Below, one piece after another: positions 22,950-35,479 of a stretch of DNA of 35,479 nt (within the stretch, counting starts at the first letter, position 1; each line of letters begins with the position of its first letter). The notes below the pieces were generated by a model. The model was not told where the DNA came from and searched no databases. It worked only from the letters and a program-made list of their open reading frames with translations. The position numbers and the translations under genes are program-made. Source of the stretch: Octopus bimaculoides (Eukaryota); NCBI RefSeq assembly GCF_001194135.2, contig NC_069000.1, positions 17,238,672 to 17,274,150 of the forward strand, in the 5' to 3' direction.

Positions 22950-23755
22950 TAGCCAAGGCCTGAAATTTTGATGTGGTGGGGAGTATTCTATACCATCAAC
23001 CCTAGTACATGACTGGCACTTTATTTTATCAACCCTAAAAAGGGTGAAAAGACAAAGATGACCTCAGTAGAATTTGAACTCAGAACATAAAGAGCCAGAG
23101 CAAAGCAAAGCATTTTGTCTGGCATTCTAGCAATTCTGCCGAAAGAATAATAGAAATAATAATTCTTTCTACTATTAGCACAAAGTTTAGAATTCGAGGA
23201 GAGAGGTATAGTTGATTATTTTGATCCCAATGCTCACTGGTGCTGAAAGGAAGAAAGGTAAAGTCAACTTCATTGTAAAGACAAAAGAAATGCTAATTGT
23301 CTGACATGCTAATGATTCTGCCAGCTTATTGCCTTATAGTAATAATGATAATGATAATAATAATAAAAATGGTTTCAAATTTTGCCTCAAGGGCAGCAGT
23401 TTTTTGGGGGAGGGAATGAGTTGATTACATCAACCCCAGTGTTCAACTGATACTTATTTTATTGACCCCCCACAAGGTTGAAAGGCAAACTTAACCTCAG
23501 TGGAATTTGAACTCAGAATGTAGCAATGGGCAAAATACTGCTAAGCATTTTGACCAATGCACTTACGATTCTGCCAGCTCACCACCTTAATAATAATAAT
23601 GATAATAATCCTTTCTACTAAAGGTACAAGGCTTGAAATTTAGGGGGAGGGGTCTAGTCGATTACAGCGATCCCAGTGTTTCCCCTCCTACTTAATTTAT
23701 CAACTCTGAAAGGATAAAAAGCAAAATCAACCTCAGTGGAATTTGAACTCATAGA
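22950..23755 (-). mobile_element. Stack of four SINE family B copies in intron 9
   Basis: Four successive GGAATTTGAACTC / AAAGG.AAAGTCAAC / CAATTCTGCC motif sets, separated by (TAA)n tracts. Confidence 0.75.
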
Positions 23756-23965
23756 TAGCCTTGAACTTTTTCTATCCAAAATCCCCCTCACAAAACTTCA
23801 TGGCCTTGTGGCGAAAATTTGAAACCATTATTTACAGGTTTATTTGCTTCAAGTCTCATTGTTCCAAAAGAGAAATTATTTCCAATTCTCTCAAAGTTTC
23901 TAAATTCTTATATGTATGTATGTATATATGTATTTATTAATGTTTGTATGTTTTTATATTTATAG

Positions 23966-24100
<135 letters not shown>

Positions 24101-24199
24101 TAAGTAGCTTTCTTCTTGCTGCTGTTTAACTCTTGGTTTGGCTTTCATTGAACAAACAGAACTATGATGAACAGGGTTCAAACCCATCCTATCATGTCC

Positions 24200-24595
24200 T
24201 TTTCTTTTTATCTTTTACTTGTTTCAGTCATTTGACTGTGGCCATGTTAGGGCACCATCTTGAAGGGTTTTAGCTGAAGAAATCAACCACCGGACTTATT
24301 TTTTTAAGCCTGTTACTTATCCTATCAGTCTCTTTTGCCAAACCACTAAGTTACAGGGACATAAACACACCAACACGAGTTGTCAAGCAGTGGTGGGGGA
24401 CACACACACACACATGCACATAAACACAGAAATACACACACATGCACACAAACACACATATATACAGCAGGCTTCTTTCAGTTTCCATCTACCAAATCCA
24501 CTCACAAAACTTTGCTCAACCTGAGACTATAGTACAAGACACTTGCCCAAGGTGCCACACAGTGGGACTGAACCTGGAACCATGTGGTTGAGAAC
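24200..24595 (-). mobile_element. SINE family A, full length, CpG-decayed
   Basis: Reverse complement of the 140-510 family. A further 3' half lies at ~25375-25570. Confidence 0.8.
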
Positions 24596-24882
24596 AGAAA
24601 GAGCTGGAAGAAATGCTGCTAAACATCTTTGCTGTTTTTATATTTTAAATCTGGTAGCAAACCAGGTTTATGGCAAGATAAGAGTGGAGGTAAGTCATTC
24701 TGAACTTCCTGACTAGTAATTAGACAAGTGAAAATGGTGGTGTTTTTGTTTGTTCAATGTTCCATATACCATTGCATGCATTGTAATTGTTTCCCTTAAG
24801 ATTTTTGATCACCATTGCTTGCCTCACTTGTCCAACCCATGCTAGCATGGAAAGCAGACGTTAAATGATGATGATGATTTAA

Positions 24883-25056
<174 letters not shown>

Positions 25057-25605
25057 TAAGGGCTACTTGGCATATAAATATAATGTGTGTAGTAGTAATA
25101 GTAGTACATAGATGTATGGCTGGATAGTTAAAAAGTTCACTTCTCAGTTACATGGTTCTGGGTTCATTTCTACAGCACAGTACCTTATGTATACTTCTAT
25201 GTATGTGTGTTGATGTAAGCTGAATTGCAGCTTAACTGAACTATTAATAATGATACACTGGGCTTAAGGACCAGAATGTGTGGGTTTGTGTATGTGTGTT
25301 TCAGAGATAGTATCCACAAATTTGTTACTGTCATTTATTAACGCTCACTAGTTTTACTGAGAAAGTTTATTATACTTTTATTCTTTTACTTGTTTCAGTC
25401 ATTTGACTGTAGCCATGCTGGAGCACCACTTTTAGTCAAGCAAATTGACCCCAGGGCTTATTCTTTGTAAGCTAAGTACTTATTCTATTGCTGAACCGCT
25501 AAGTTACAGGGACGTAAACACACCAGCATCGGTTGTCAAGGAATATTGGTGGGGACAAACACAGACACAAAAACATATACACACACACACACACGTGTGT
25601 GTGTG

Positions 25606-25650
<45 letters not shown>

Positions 25651-25820
25651 CAATAAGAAAATGGAGGGGAATATGAGGTATTCATCAACTTGCAGACACT
25701 ATATTCCGTACACTATGTGTACTCCCTTTTCTCAGTGTCCACTCCCTTCTTCTAACTTTACAATGTACACCCTCTTCCTCCTAGTCCTACAATATGTACA
25801 CACTTCTCCCAGTCCTACAA

Positions 25821-25905
25821 TGTACTTCATGTTCATGTAGCTCCCTTCAATGTACTCCATGTTCATGCAGCTCCCTTCAATGTACTCCATGTTCATGCAG
25901 CTCCC
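25821..25905. repeat. 30-bp tandem repeat (~2.8 copies)
   Basis: TGTACTCCATGTTCATGCAGCTCCCTTCAA at 25821, 25851 and 25881, inside a degenerate CT-rich array (25700-26010). Confidence 0.85.
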
Positions 25906-26251
25906 CTTCTCCCAACCCCACACTGTGTGCTCCCTCCTCCTTATGTGCACCTCTTCTCCCAGCCTTACAGTGAGCATCCTCTTCTCCAAGCCATACAAAT
26001 TGTACTCCCTAGACATAGGGCCTGAAATTTTGGCAGCACTTAACTGGTAATTATTTCATCAACCCTGAAAGGATGAAAGGCAAAATCAGCCGCTGTGAGA
26101 TTTGACCTCAGAACATAAAGACCAACAAAATGTTGCTAAGCATTTTGCCCGGTATACTAACAATGCTACCAGTTCATCACCTTATTAATAATAATAATAA
26201 TAATAATAACAACAACAACAACAACATTAATAATTAATGTTTTATTTGCAG

Positions 26252-26394
26252 GGATTCATGGTGTTCTAACTGCTTACCAGAACTGCATTCGCCAGATACA
26301 GTTGTGGGGGCCGACAAATGTAGCCCCTATTATTCGACATGTGGCTAAATTTGCTTTTGCAGCGCAGAATGAAGAGGCTACAAAAGGAGCAGCA
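26252..26394 (+). CDS. CPNE3: Copine exon 12 (vWA)
   Basis: (G)[47 protein letters not shown]. ttgcag acceptor, GTAAGG donor, 143 nt. Confidence 0.95.
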
Positions 26395-26599
26395 GTAAGG
26401 ATTTGTTTTAATTCCACTTTCCAAAATGGAGGGATAATACCCATGGGGACAGAACATTATCAGGGTAGAGGGAACAATACTAAAAAGGAGAGAGGTTAGT
26501 ACCAGGGTGGAGGGGGACATTACCAATGTGCGAGGATTCTACTAGAATGGAGGGACAGTAACAAGGTGGAGGAGAAAAGTGCCAGTGGAGAAGGGACAA

Positions 26600-27235
26600 T
26601 ATAAGGGTGGGCAAATCTGAAAGGATGAGAGGCAGAATTGACCTTGAAGGAATTTGAACACCAAGAGCCAAAAGAAATACTCTGAAATATTCTATCTGAC
26701 ACTCTAATAACTCTGTGAGTTTGCTGTTTCTGTAATTATTGTGTAATGGTAAAGTCTTTGCTGAGGTAGTGAACATTATTATAAGTGCTGGGCTGAAGGT
26801 CATGAGCTGGCAGAATCGTAAGAATCAGTAAAGTAAGTGAGCTGGCAGAATCGTTTGCATGCTGGGCAAAATGCTTTACGTTCTGAGAGTTCAAATTCCA
26901 TCAAGGTTGACTTTGCCTTTCATCTTTTCGGGGTCGATAAATTAAGTACCAGTTACGCACTGGGGTTGATGTAATCGACTTGATTCTTTTGTCTGTCCCC
27001 TCTATGTTTAGCCCCTTGTGGGCAATAAAGAAATAAGAATCGTAAGTATTCCAGACAAAATGCTTAGCAGCATTTCATTCATTTTTATGTTCTAAACTCA
27101 AATTCTGCCAAGGTTGACTTTGCCTTTCATCCTTTCAGGATTTATAAAATAAGTACCAGTTTAACACTGGGGTTAATATAATCAACTGGCCCCTCTAAAT
27201 TTGCTGACCTTGTACCAAAATTTGAAACCAATAAT
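26600..27235. mobile_element. SINE family B cluster in intron 12 (one - copy, then two + copies)
   Basis: Minus copy at ~26600-26725. Plus copies at ~26803-27035 (duplicated head GAGCTGGCAGAATCGT) and ~27035-27235. Confidence 0.75.
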
Positions 27236-27517
27236 CAGTACTGGGGTCAATTCATTCAACTATACTCCTCACTCAAAGGTATTTAGTTATATCCCTTTAT
27301 GTTCTGAACTCCAGTCAATGCTCATCCATATCTATAATCAAGTTTGTGCCTTTCTTCCTTCTATGGTCAACAACATTCAATGCCAGTTATGTACTGAGAT
27401 AAATTAAATTGACTTTACTCCTCCCCACAAATCTATATTACAAATGGTTATTAATGTCTTTATCTCTGTTGGGATTCCTTATATGATATGCTGCTCATAG
27501 ATGATATTCTTATATAA

Positions 27518-27790
<273 letters not shown>

Positions 27791-27859
27791 TGAAGATTTT
27801 TTTTTTTAAACTAGTTAGCTTGGCTTAAGCTAGTTCCATGGTATTGTTTGTTGCCTCTA

Positions 27860-28300
27860 GGTTGCTTGGAGTAAGTGTCATGCTTATTTGGCTGAGGTAC
27901 ACGGTATGTTTAAGTTGCTGGGGTACATACATGTCATTTTGCTGCTGGAGCACATGTCAATTTACACTGCTGGGGTACATGTCATTTCATGTTGCTGGAG
28001 TATATCATTTTTATGTTGCTGGGTTACACGTAATGTTTATGTTGCTTGGGTACTTGTCATTTTATGTTATTGGGATATATATCATGTTTATGTTGCTGGG
28101 GTACTTGTCATTTTTATATCAGTGGGGTACATGTCATATTTATGTTGCTGGGGTATGTGTCATGTTTATGTTGCTTAGGTACATGTCATGTTTATGTTGC
28201 TGGGGTATGTGTCATGTTTATGTTGCTTAGGTACATGTCATGTTTATGTTATTGGGGTACACGTCATTTTTACCTTGCTGGAGCACATGTCATTTTATGT
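27860..28300. repeat. ~25-26-bp minisatellite
   Basis: GTCATGTTTATGTTGCTGGGGTACAT-like unit, about 17 degenerate copies. Confidence 0.9.
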
Positions 28301-29624
28301 TCTAGTAGATTATTTCTAACAGTAAGCAGATGAGAAATAAACATTCTTCAACATACAACACCAATCTGCTGCACATAATTTTTCTGGTGAACAGAACTAA
28401 ACTCAGTGCTGCAAATTAACAATTGAATGAATTTGATGAGTTTACAGTGATGCAGCTGATTAGAGTATTTATTATACTACTCTGAAGTACCTACATGAAA
28501 CAATAAAGTAGAAGCCAATATACTTAAATTAGTGAACCAAAAAATTTTAATTAGAATTATACTCATAGAGAAACAATCATTATCTTAATGACTAACTTTT
28601 GTCAAGAAGAGAAGGAGAGTCAATTAAAATTTGTTAAAAACACAATCGTTACCAGCGTTGTCTTCTAGCACTTGTGCTGGTGGCACGTTAGAAAATCATT
28701 CGAGCGAGGTCGTTGCCAGTGCCACTGGACTGGCTCCCGTGCAGGTGGCCTGTAAAAAACACCTTTTTGAGTGTGGCCGTTGCCAGTACCGTGTGACTGG
28801 CCCTCGTGCCGGTGGCACATAAAAGCACCCACTACACTCTCAGAGTGGTTGGCGTTAGGAAAGGCATCCATCTGTAGAAACTCTGCCAGATCAGATTGGA
28901 GCCTGGTGCAGCCTTCTGGCTTGCCAGTCCTCAGTCAAATCGTCCAACCCATGCTAGCATGGAAAGCGGACATTAAATGAGGATGATGATGACAATGTGC
29001 TGTGAAGTGAGCTTGCTCTTAGGTACCTATTCGCAGTCAGATATATTGGACCTGCAAGAGTTATGTGTCTTTGTTATGGACACATCACAATACCAGTGTC
29101 AGAATTTTAACCAATCTCAGTTAATTGTCTTATTCCTTATCTATTCACAGATCAAATCTAAATTTAAACTATAAAAGCCATATTGTATATATACTCAAAT
29201 ATGAATTTTTATTGTAGCTACTATCTCTTTGAACTATGCACTTCCTGAAATTATTCCATTGTCCTACATATTTGACATGTGATATGGTCCAAAATCATAT
29301 GCTGAAATTGAAATATGTCAAGACACAAAATAATATGAGTGTAAATAACAATTGAAACCTATCTTTTCATGGATATTTATGTACAATTTTATATATTTAA
29401 TAACCAAAGAATCATTTATTTTACATTTATTCCAGAGATACATCTAATTCAATTACAACAGACACCGACACTTATACTCGATACATTCAATAAATATCAT
29501 ATAAATCTTTTGGAGCCAGTCTTTGATCTAATTCCAAGCCCTACAACATACACTTTACTTTCTTCTCCCAACCCTACAATGTGTGCTCCCTACTTTCAGT
29601 GTTCCCCCTTTTCTTCTTATTTCT

Positions 29625-30652
29625 TTATTGCCCATAAGGGGCTAAATGTAGAGGGGGACAGACAAAGAGATTAAGTCGATTACATCGACCCCAGTGCGTA
29701 ACAGGTACTTAATTTATCAACCCCGAAAGGATGAAAGACAAAATTTGAAAAATTATAATTAATTTGTGCACAAAATATTTATGGGTTTATTATTATACAT
29801 AGCATTAAGGCAGCAAACTGACAGAATTATTAGCATACCAGCCTAAAGCTTAGCAGCATTTCGTCCATCTTTATGTTTTGGGTTCAAATTCCACCAAGGT
29901 CGACTTTACCTTTCATCCTTTAGGAGTCCATAGATAAGTACAAGTTGAGTACTGGGGTTGTTGTAATCAACTTATTCCCTCCCCCAAAATTGCTGCCCTT
30001 GTGGCAAAATTTGAAACCAATATGCATAACATTGAGTAAATTTGCTTCCTGACAAAATTTTAATGGGTTTTTTTAGGGTGGGGTTTTTGCCAACTCATTT
30101 AATAAATCCCTTAGACTCTCTCATCTTCCCTTCCCTGCCCACCTCCAATACTATCCTCCAACCCCTTCTGTTCTATGAAATGACTTCACCTGCTTTTGGA
30201 GACTTCATGTTTTTAGTTAAATTAAGAAATTTTGATGACATTGAGGTGAATGCCTAGATTGTCTAGTGTGTAATTTCAAAGTCACTTAGCATACATTCGC
30301 CATTGGATGCCTAGTTTACTGCAGACACTGTTGGTGAAATCACTCCAGCCTTTTTATATATCTCCAGTTGTTCAAGTAATCTCGAGGAGGAGGAGGCATA
30401 TTGGTGGATCAATATTTAGGCAGCGAGCTGGCAGAATCGTTAGCACGCCGGGCAAAATGCTTAGCAGTATTTCATCTGCCGTTACATTCTGAGTTCAAAT
30501 TCCACCAAGGTCAACTTTGCCTTTCATCCTTTTGGGGGCTGATTAAATAAGTACCAGTTATACACTGGGGGTCGATGTAATCATTTTAATCCCTTTGTCT
30601 GTCTCTGTTTGTTCCCTCTATGTTTAGCCCCCTGTGGGCAATAAAGAAATAA
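29625..30652. mobile_element. SINE family B cluster in intron 13 (- ~29625-29745, + ~29805-30020, + ~30418-30652)
   Basis: GGCAGCGAGCTGGCAGAATCGTTAGC head, GTTCAAATTCC B-box, and shared core and tail. Confidence 0.8.
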
Positions 30653-30879
30653 ATATTTAGAACATATTGGTAACTGGTCCTTTACCAATATTTGATTAGC
30701 TTGTTTAGGGGATGAATATATGGAGCATTAATTTCAAGCAAAGACATTGCAGTTATCTATTTTCCTCCCTTGTTTCAAATCTACCCCCATTTTTGTTCAC
30801 CTTAACTTTATTTCCCTGGAAATGTTTATCTTCATATGTATGTGTATATGTCTTTAACAATATAACTCTTCTATTTCAG

Positions 30880-30984
30880 AGCTCAAATGCTGAACTAGCA
30901 CGCCATGTTTTAGCTGAGGTACCAGGCCAGGTTGTGTCCTATTTTCGATCAAGAAATTTGATGCCAATAGAAAAACAGACATAG
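30880..30984 (+). CDS. CPNE3: Copine exon 14 (terminal coding exon)
   Basis: SSNAELARHVLAEVPGQVVSYFRSRNLMPIEKQT followed by TAG. tttcag acceptor. Summed CDS is 1632 nt = 543 aa plus stop. Confidence 0.95.
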   Translation, partial: SSNAELARHVLAEVPGQVVSYFRSRNLMPIEKQT

Positions 30985-30999
30985 GACTTTTCTGCCTGC

Positions 31000-31049
<50 letters not shown>

Positions 31050-31195
31050 ATGTATTAAAGTTCACACTTCAATGAAATATTCTACTCTAAGATGATTATA
31101 AATATTTCATCATGTTACTTAATCTGCTGATCAATTTCTTCACATAACACCAAATATTGTCAAAGACAACCTATTACTGCACAAAATCTTTCCCA

Positions 31196-31201
31196 AATAA
31201 A
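31196..31201 (+). terminator. Candidate polyadenylation signal of the copine 3' UTR
   Basis: First AATAAA after the stop codon; an ATTAAA lies at 31054-31059. Usage unverified. Confidence 0.35.
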
Positions 31202-31659
31202 CAATGATTTCTAACATAAGCAGAAGATCACAAATTCGGGGTAAAGGAGTTAAACTTTCAACCCCATGTACTTCACTTGTACTTTGTTTTATTAACTCTA
31301 GAAGGATGAAAGGATGATGACATCAGATTTGAGCTCAGAATATAAATAGCAAGTTTCCAAGTAAATAATAATAGGTATTTCTAATTTTTGACACAAGGCC
31401 AGTAATTTTGAGGGGAGAAAGAAGTAGATTACATCAATCCCCAGTGCTCAACTGGTACTTATTTTATCAACCCTAGTCCTTAACTGGGACTTAGTATATC
31501 AACCCAAAAATGATAAAACCAAAACCAGTCTTAGTGGAATTTGAACTCTGAACATAAAGAGCTTGAAGAAATGTAACTAAGCATTTTGTCCATGCTGATG
31601 ATTCTGCCAGCTCACTGCCTCAACAACAACAACAATAATAATAATAATAATAATAATAA

Positions 31660-31912
31660 AATATTCAGACAAATACATAACAAAAACACCAGGACTTACA
31701 AATATATATAACACAGAAAATTGCACTACTGGGCACTGCACACATCCTATGCAAAACACTTTCAATACAATAACCATAAGAGCATCACAGCAAACCACAG
31801 CACAAACCCAAGGCACACAGAGCTGTGCTCGGTAGTGAAGTGAAAGCACGTTATAAAAATAAAACTANNNNNNNNNNGAAGTGAAAGCACGTTATAAAAA
31901 TAAAACTACTGA
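31660..31912 (+). mobile_element. R4/Dong-like (RLE) non-LTR retrotransposon 3' end
   Basis: Degenerate KTPGLTNIY..QKIALLGTAHILCKTLSIQ*, resembling the RLE C-terminal QK..LLGTA.ILR motif, then a 3' UTR, with (TAA)n on both sides. Confidence 0.65.
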
Positions 31913-31953
31913 ACAATAATAATAATAATAATAACAATAACAAGAATAACAAC

Positions 31954-31996
<43 letters not shown>

Positions 31997-32635
31997 CCTT
32001 TTTTTTATTAAGGGTCGATGCAAAGATCAGAGATGGTGTGGGATGATACAGTATAGGATTACATAAAATAACAAAGACAAATTTCAAAGATAAATTCTCC
32101 AAAAGTGAGGACTGCTCATGGAAGCCCAACAAAAACCATGGTCACCCTGACCAATAAAACAAGTGCTTTCTCCCTGTTGTCCCCCTCCAATGTACAAGTG
32201 TATACTCAGAGCATGTCTATTCACTCAAACAATGAATAATGTTAACTATATGGCCAGCTTTCTGAAACTAGCTATCTACAAAAATAAAAAGATGTCTAAG
32301 GATTGCTGTGGTTAAGAAACTTCCTATGCAACCACAGGTTCAGTGCCACTGTGTGCCACTTTGGACAAGTGTCTTTTATTATAGCATTGTCATATATATA
32401 TATATATATAAATGTCTATGTATGTGTGTTGGTTTCTTTACAACACTGCTGCATAGCATTTCAGCGAAAGAGCTCAATAGAATAAGCATCAGATCTAAAA
32501 ATATGTACTGGAGTTGATTTGATGGAGTAAAATCCATTCAAGAAGTTGCCCAAGCATGATCATTGTCCACCCGAAAACAGTAAAAGATAATAGAGATAAT
32601 AACATAGCAATAAAATAGGTTAACACCTGTCAAAG

Positions 32636-32870
32636 GTGAGGAGCTGGCAGAATCATTAGCACGCTGGGCGAAATGCTTAGCGGTATTTCGTCTGCCGCTA
32701 CGTTCTGAGTTCAAATTCCGCCGAGGTCGACTTTGCCTTTCATCCTTTCAGGGTCGATTAAATAAGTACCAGTTATGCACTGGGGTTGATATAATCGACT
32801 TAATCCGTTTGTCTGTCCTTGTTTGTCCCCTCTGTGTGTAGCCCCTTGTAGGCAGTAAAGAAATAAGGTT
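32636..32870 (+). mobile_element. SINE family B, young copy (CpGs intact)
   Basis: GGTGAGGAGCTGGCAGAATC..GTTCAAATTCCGCCGAGGTCGACTTTGCC..GTAAAGAAATAAG. Confidence 0.85.
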
Positions 32871-33829
32871 AACACCTGTCTCAAGTTTACAGGTACATTA
32901 AACCATTGCTTATCCTAGTTTCTGAAGCATTAAGCTACTGAGAGTACAAGTCAGTCTCTAGATGAGACTCTAGTCTTTTACAAGGTTAACTCCCAGTTGC
33001 TATCAAGTGAACTAAAGCAGTATGAAATGAAGTGCCTTGCTCAAGGACACAATACATTAGAATTTATGATTGTGAATCCAACACTCTTATCACTAGGCCA
33101 TTATGCTAAGATAAACAGACAGATAAATTGATTGTAAGCATTCAGTTAACAGATTCCAGATAAATGAATTTCAGATTTAATGAACCAAATAAGGATAATG
33201 CAATTCTGTACTACCACTATGATCATGACACAATACTCTACAACTGCATTATCAGAAAGGAAAATAAATGTTAAATATAATAATTATCTGTTATGCATTA
33301 TGAACAGCATTAATGCTTTTTTTTTTATCATTGATAACTTTCAAATTTGCACTTTACCTTCAATTTAATGCATTTATGGCAATAATGAACAGGCCTTCCC
33401 TACTATTAATTTGTTAAATCAACATTTCATTCTGTGCTGGTGGAGATTTGTTCATTTGTCTTATATAAGAAACAGAAGTATATGAGGAATGCTTTTTTTT
33501 TTTCTCTGAAGTTGTTATTGACTAGTGGAAAATAGTTCCAAACAAATATTTTTCCCTAATAAATTTTAATATTCAATCATTTCTAGATTTGCTTGGGAGT
33601 TAGCTTCAGCATTATGTGCATCTTTAGTGCAGACACTAGAATTATATTGTTATATAAGATGAGCCAAAGAGGAAGGTGCTGAGAATGCATACACATACTG
33701 TATATATGTATGCATACATCTGCATGAATGTATGTTTGTATACATCTTGAGCAAATGTATATTTGTATACATCCTGAGCGAACATCATTTGAGCATCTTG
33801 AGCAAATGTCATTTTCTATAGCCTCAACT

Positions 33830-34447
33830 CAACTCTGGGCCTTGTTAATTCTCATTGCAAAGCTCAGTTTCAATGGAAATTGCAGGCACTTGTACTGGAA
33901 AGGCCTATCTGAGGGAATAAGTGGAATCCTAGGAATGAATACAGGCTCACCCCTTGCTTTAGCAGTTAAAATTGTTGTCTCCAAGATGGTTGACATCATC
34001 TTCTTTATTATAAGTCATGTGCCATTGCAAAGCTTTGGTGGATCGAGGTTTCGAAGCAGCATAACTGATGCCTCAATCTTGAGGTGGGAGGCCAGGTGGT
34101 GTTAGACTATTCAATAATTCAACTGGATAATTCACAGCTTCATCGATGTTGACTACAGTGTCAATGGAATTGTAGATGTGATGCTCCAGAAGTTTGATGT
34201 TCAAACCATCAACTGCCACATTCTTTGGAGCTAAAATGGCCAGTTGTGGTCTGTAAACTGATTTCGCAGGTTAGGAAACACCTTATTCATTAGTTCCTTT
34301 AAATCAGATACCATATGTCCAAAAGGCAAGCTTACCCATCCGTCCTTCTCACCAACCGAAGTGCCATTACTGATGCCCGACAGTTGCTTTGAAAAGGTTT
34401 TATCTGCTTCATCACGATTGAGCTGCACTCTAATGTGGGTTGTGAGT
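33830..34447 (-). mobile_element. Helitron RepHel helicase (PIF1-like) relic
   Basis: [86 protein letters not shown]. Contains stops and frameshifts. Confidence 0.9.
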
Positions 34448-34887
34448 CATTTGAATTATAGACAATGGGACAGGCTGAGCTATTAAATTTAAGTCAGTAT
34501 GATATGCATGAAAGGTGTACATTATCTAGTATGTTATTGCTACAATTTGTATGATATATACATTAGTTAAAACATTTGGTGGTTTTCTATAAGGAGAAAC
34601 TTAAGGCGCATTCCAAATATACTCATATTAAAAATTGTAAATATTGTTAGAGCTTTCACTTAAAATATTGCTCAATATTGACTTTTTCTATACACATCTT
34701 ACTATATGCAGCTGAATTATTTGATATGTAAGACAGAAAACTGTTGATGCTCCTCCAAAATCATAATAAAGAGAATAATAAATTTATTAAATTTCTCATC
34801 AATGTGTTGGGTTTCACTTCTTGTGTTTATATTTTATGGTTGGGTTGTTGGCATTGTGAATGTGGTATGATTTAGATAAGGAAGACA

Positions 34888-35208
34888 GATGCAGCCATGG
34901 CTGTGTGGTAAGAAGCTTGCTTCCTAACAACATGATTCCGGGTTCAGTCCCACTGCATGGCACCTTGAGCAAGTCTCTTCTACTACAGCTTCAGGCCAAC
35001 CAAACCCTTGTGAGTGGATTTGGTAGATGGAAACTGAAAGAAACTCGATGTATATATGTGTGTGTCTTTGTATATGTGTCTGTCCCCATCACTGCTTGAC
35101 AACTGGTGTTGGCATGTTTACATTCCCATAACTTGGCAGTTCAGCAAAAGAGACCAATTGGATAAGTACCAGGCTTAAAAAAAAAAAATAAGTACTGGAG
35201 TTGATTCC
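34888..35208 (+). mobile_element. SINE family A, CpG-decayed, 3' end truncated
   Basis: ATGGCTGTGTGGTAAGAAGCTTGCTTCC..GGTTCAGTCCCACTGC..AAGTACTGGAGTTGATT. Confidence 0.85.
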
Positions 35209-35479
35209 GCCACGTTGATATGGTTGCAGTCATCCATCTTCCTGAGCCAGGCTGCATCTTCCACCACGGTGCCTCCCATTCCCAAGACGACCCCTATTGC
35301 GATGCTACTGGCGTCACACCAAACGATCCCACTCTTTGATTTGGGAACATACCAACTGCCCCTCACTGGATCCTCTGCTCTCACTCTGACCAAGACTTCC
35401 TGCATCATGTCGGTCGTTTTCTCCCCAACTCTGTCATTCCACTTTGCTCCTTTGGCTCATCTCTTGATGAAGCTACATG
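35209..35479 (-). mobile_element. LTR-type retroelement pol relic (RT connection / RNase H)
   Basis: CSFIKR*AKGAKWNDRVGE..DPVRGSW..VWCDASSIAIGVVL..VEDAAWLRK.DD.NHINVAE, containing the RNase H DAS and HIN..E motifs. Runs off the window edge. Gypsy versus DIRS is not resolved. Confidence 0.8.

Noticed and set aside
25700-26610. CT-rich and GA-rich degenerate arrays flanking exon 12 as a possible pairing clamp
   Set aside because: The unit motifs differ and the complementarity is only compositional.
26266-26803. Minus-strand ORFs overlapping exon 12 and SINEs (also 23987-24187 and 24796-25038)
   Set aside because: They are antisense to real exons or repeats and have no independent gene structure.
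31837-31908. 31-bp direct repeat
   Set aside because: The two copies flank a 10-N gap exactly, the signature of an unmerged contig overlap.

Overview
Eukaryotic, AT-rich, repeat- and microsatellite-dense genomic scaffold with five N gaps. The SINE families resemble those I associate with Octopus/coleoid cephalopods (inference, not database-checked). One complete protein-coding gene is present on the + strand: a copine (C2A-C2B-vWA, copine-3-like) of 14 coding exons from 11287 to 30984, 1632 nt, 543 aa, with all introns GT-AG and the frame open throughout. The rest is mobile DNA: several tRNA-derived SINE families, an RTE LINE fragment, an R4/Dong-like LINE 3' end, two mariner fragments, a piggyBac-like end, a Helitron helicase relic, an LTR-type RNase H relic, a probable LTR in intron 6 and a U6 pseudogene. 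I see no multi-gene novel system. The best leads are regulatory: (i) a 16-unit heat-shock-element array (2050-2127) inside a dispersed repeat; (ii) an intronic sense LTR with promoter motifs and an ATG in frame with exon 7, which could give a copine lacking most of its C2 domains; (iii) inverted SINE pairs and a hairpin that could form dsRNA in the pre-mRNA. Repeat boundaries were read by eye and are approximate.
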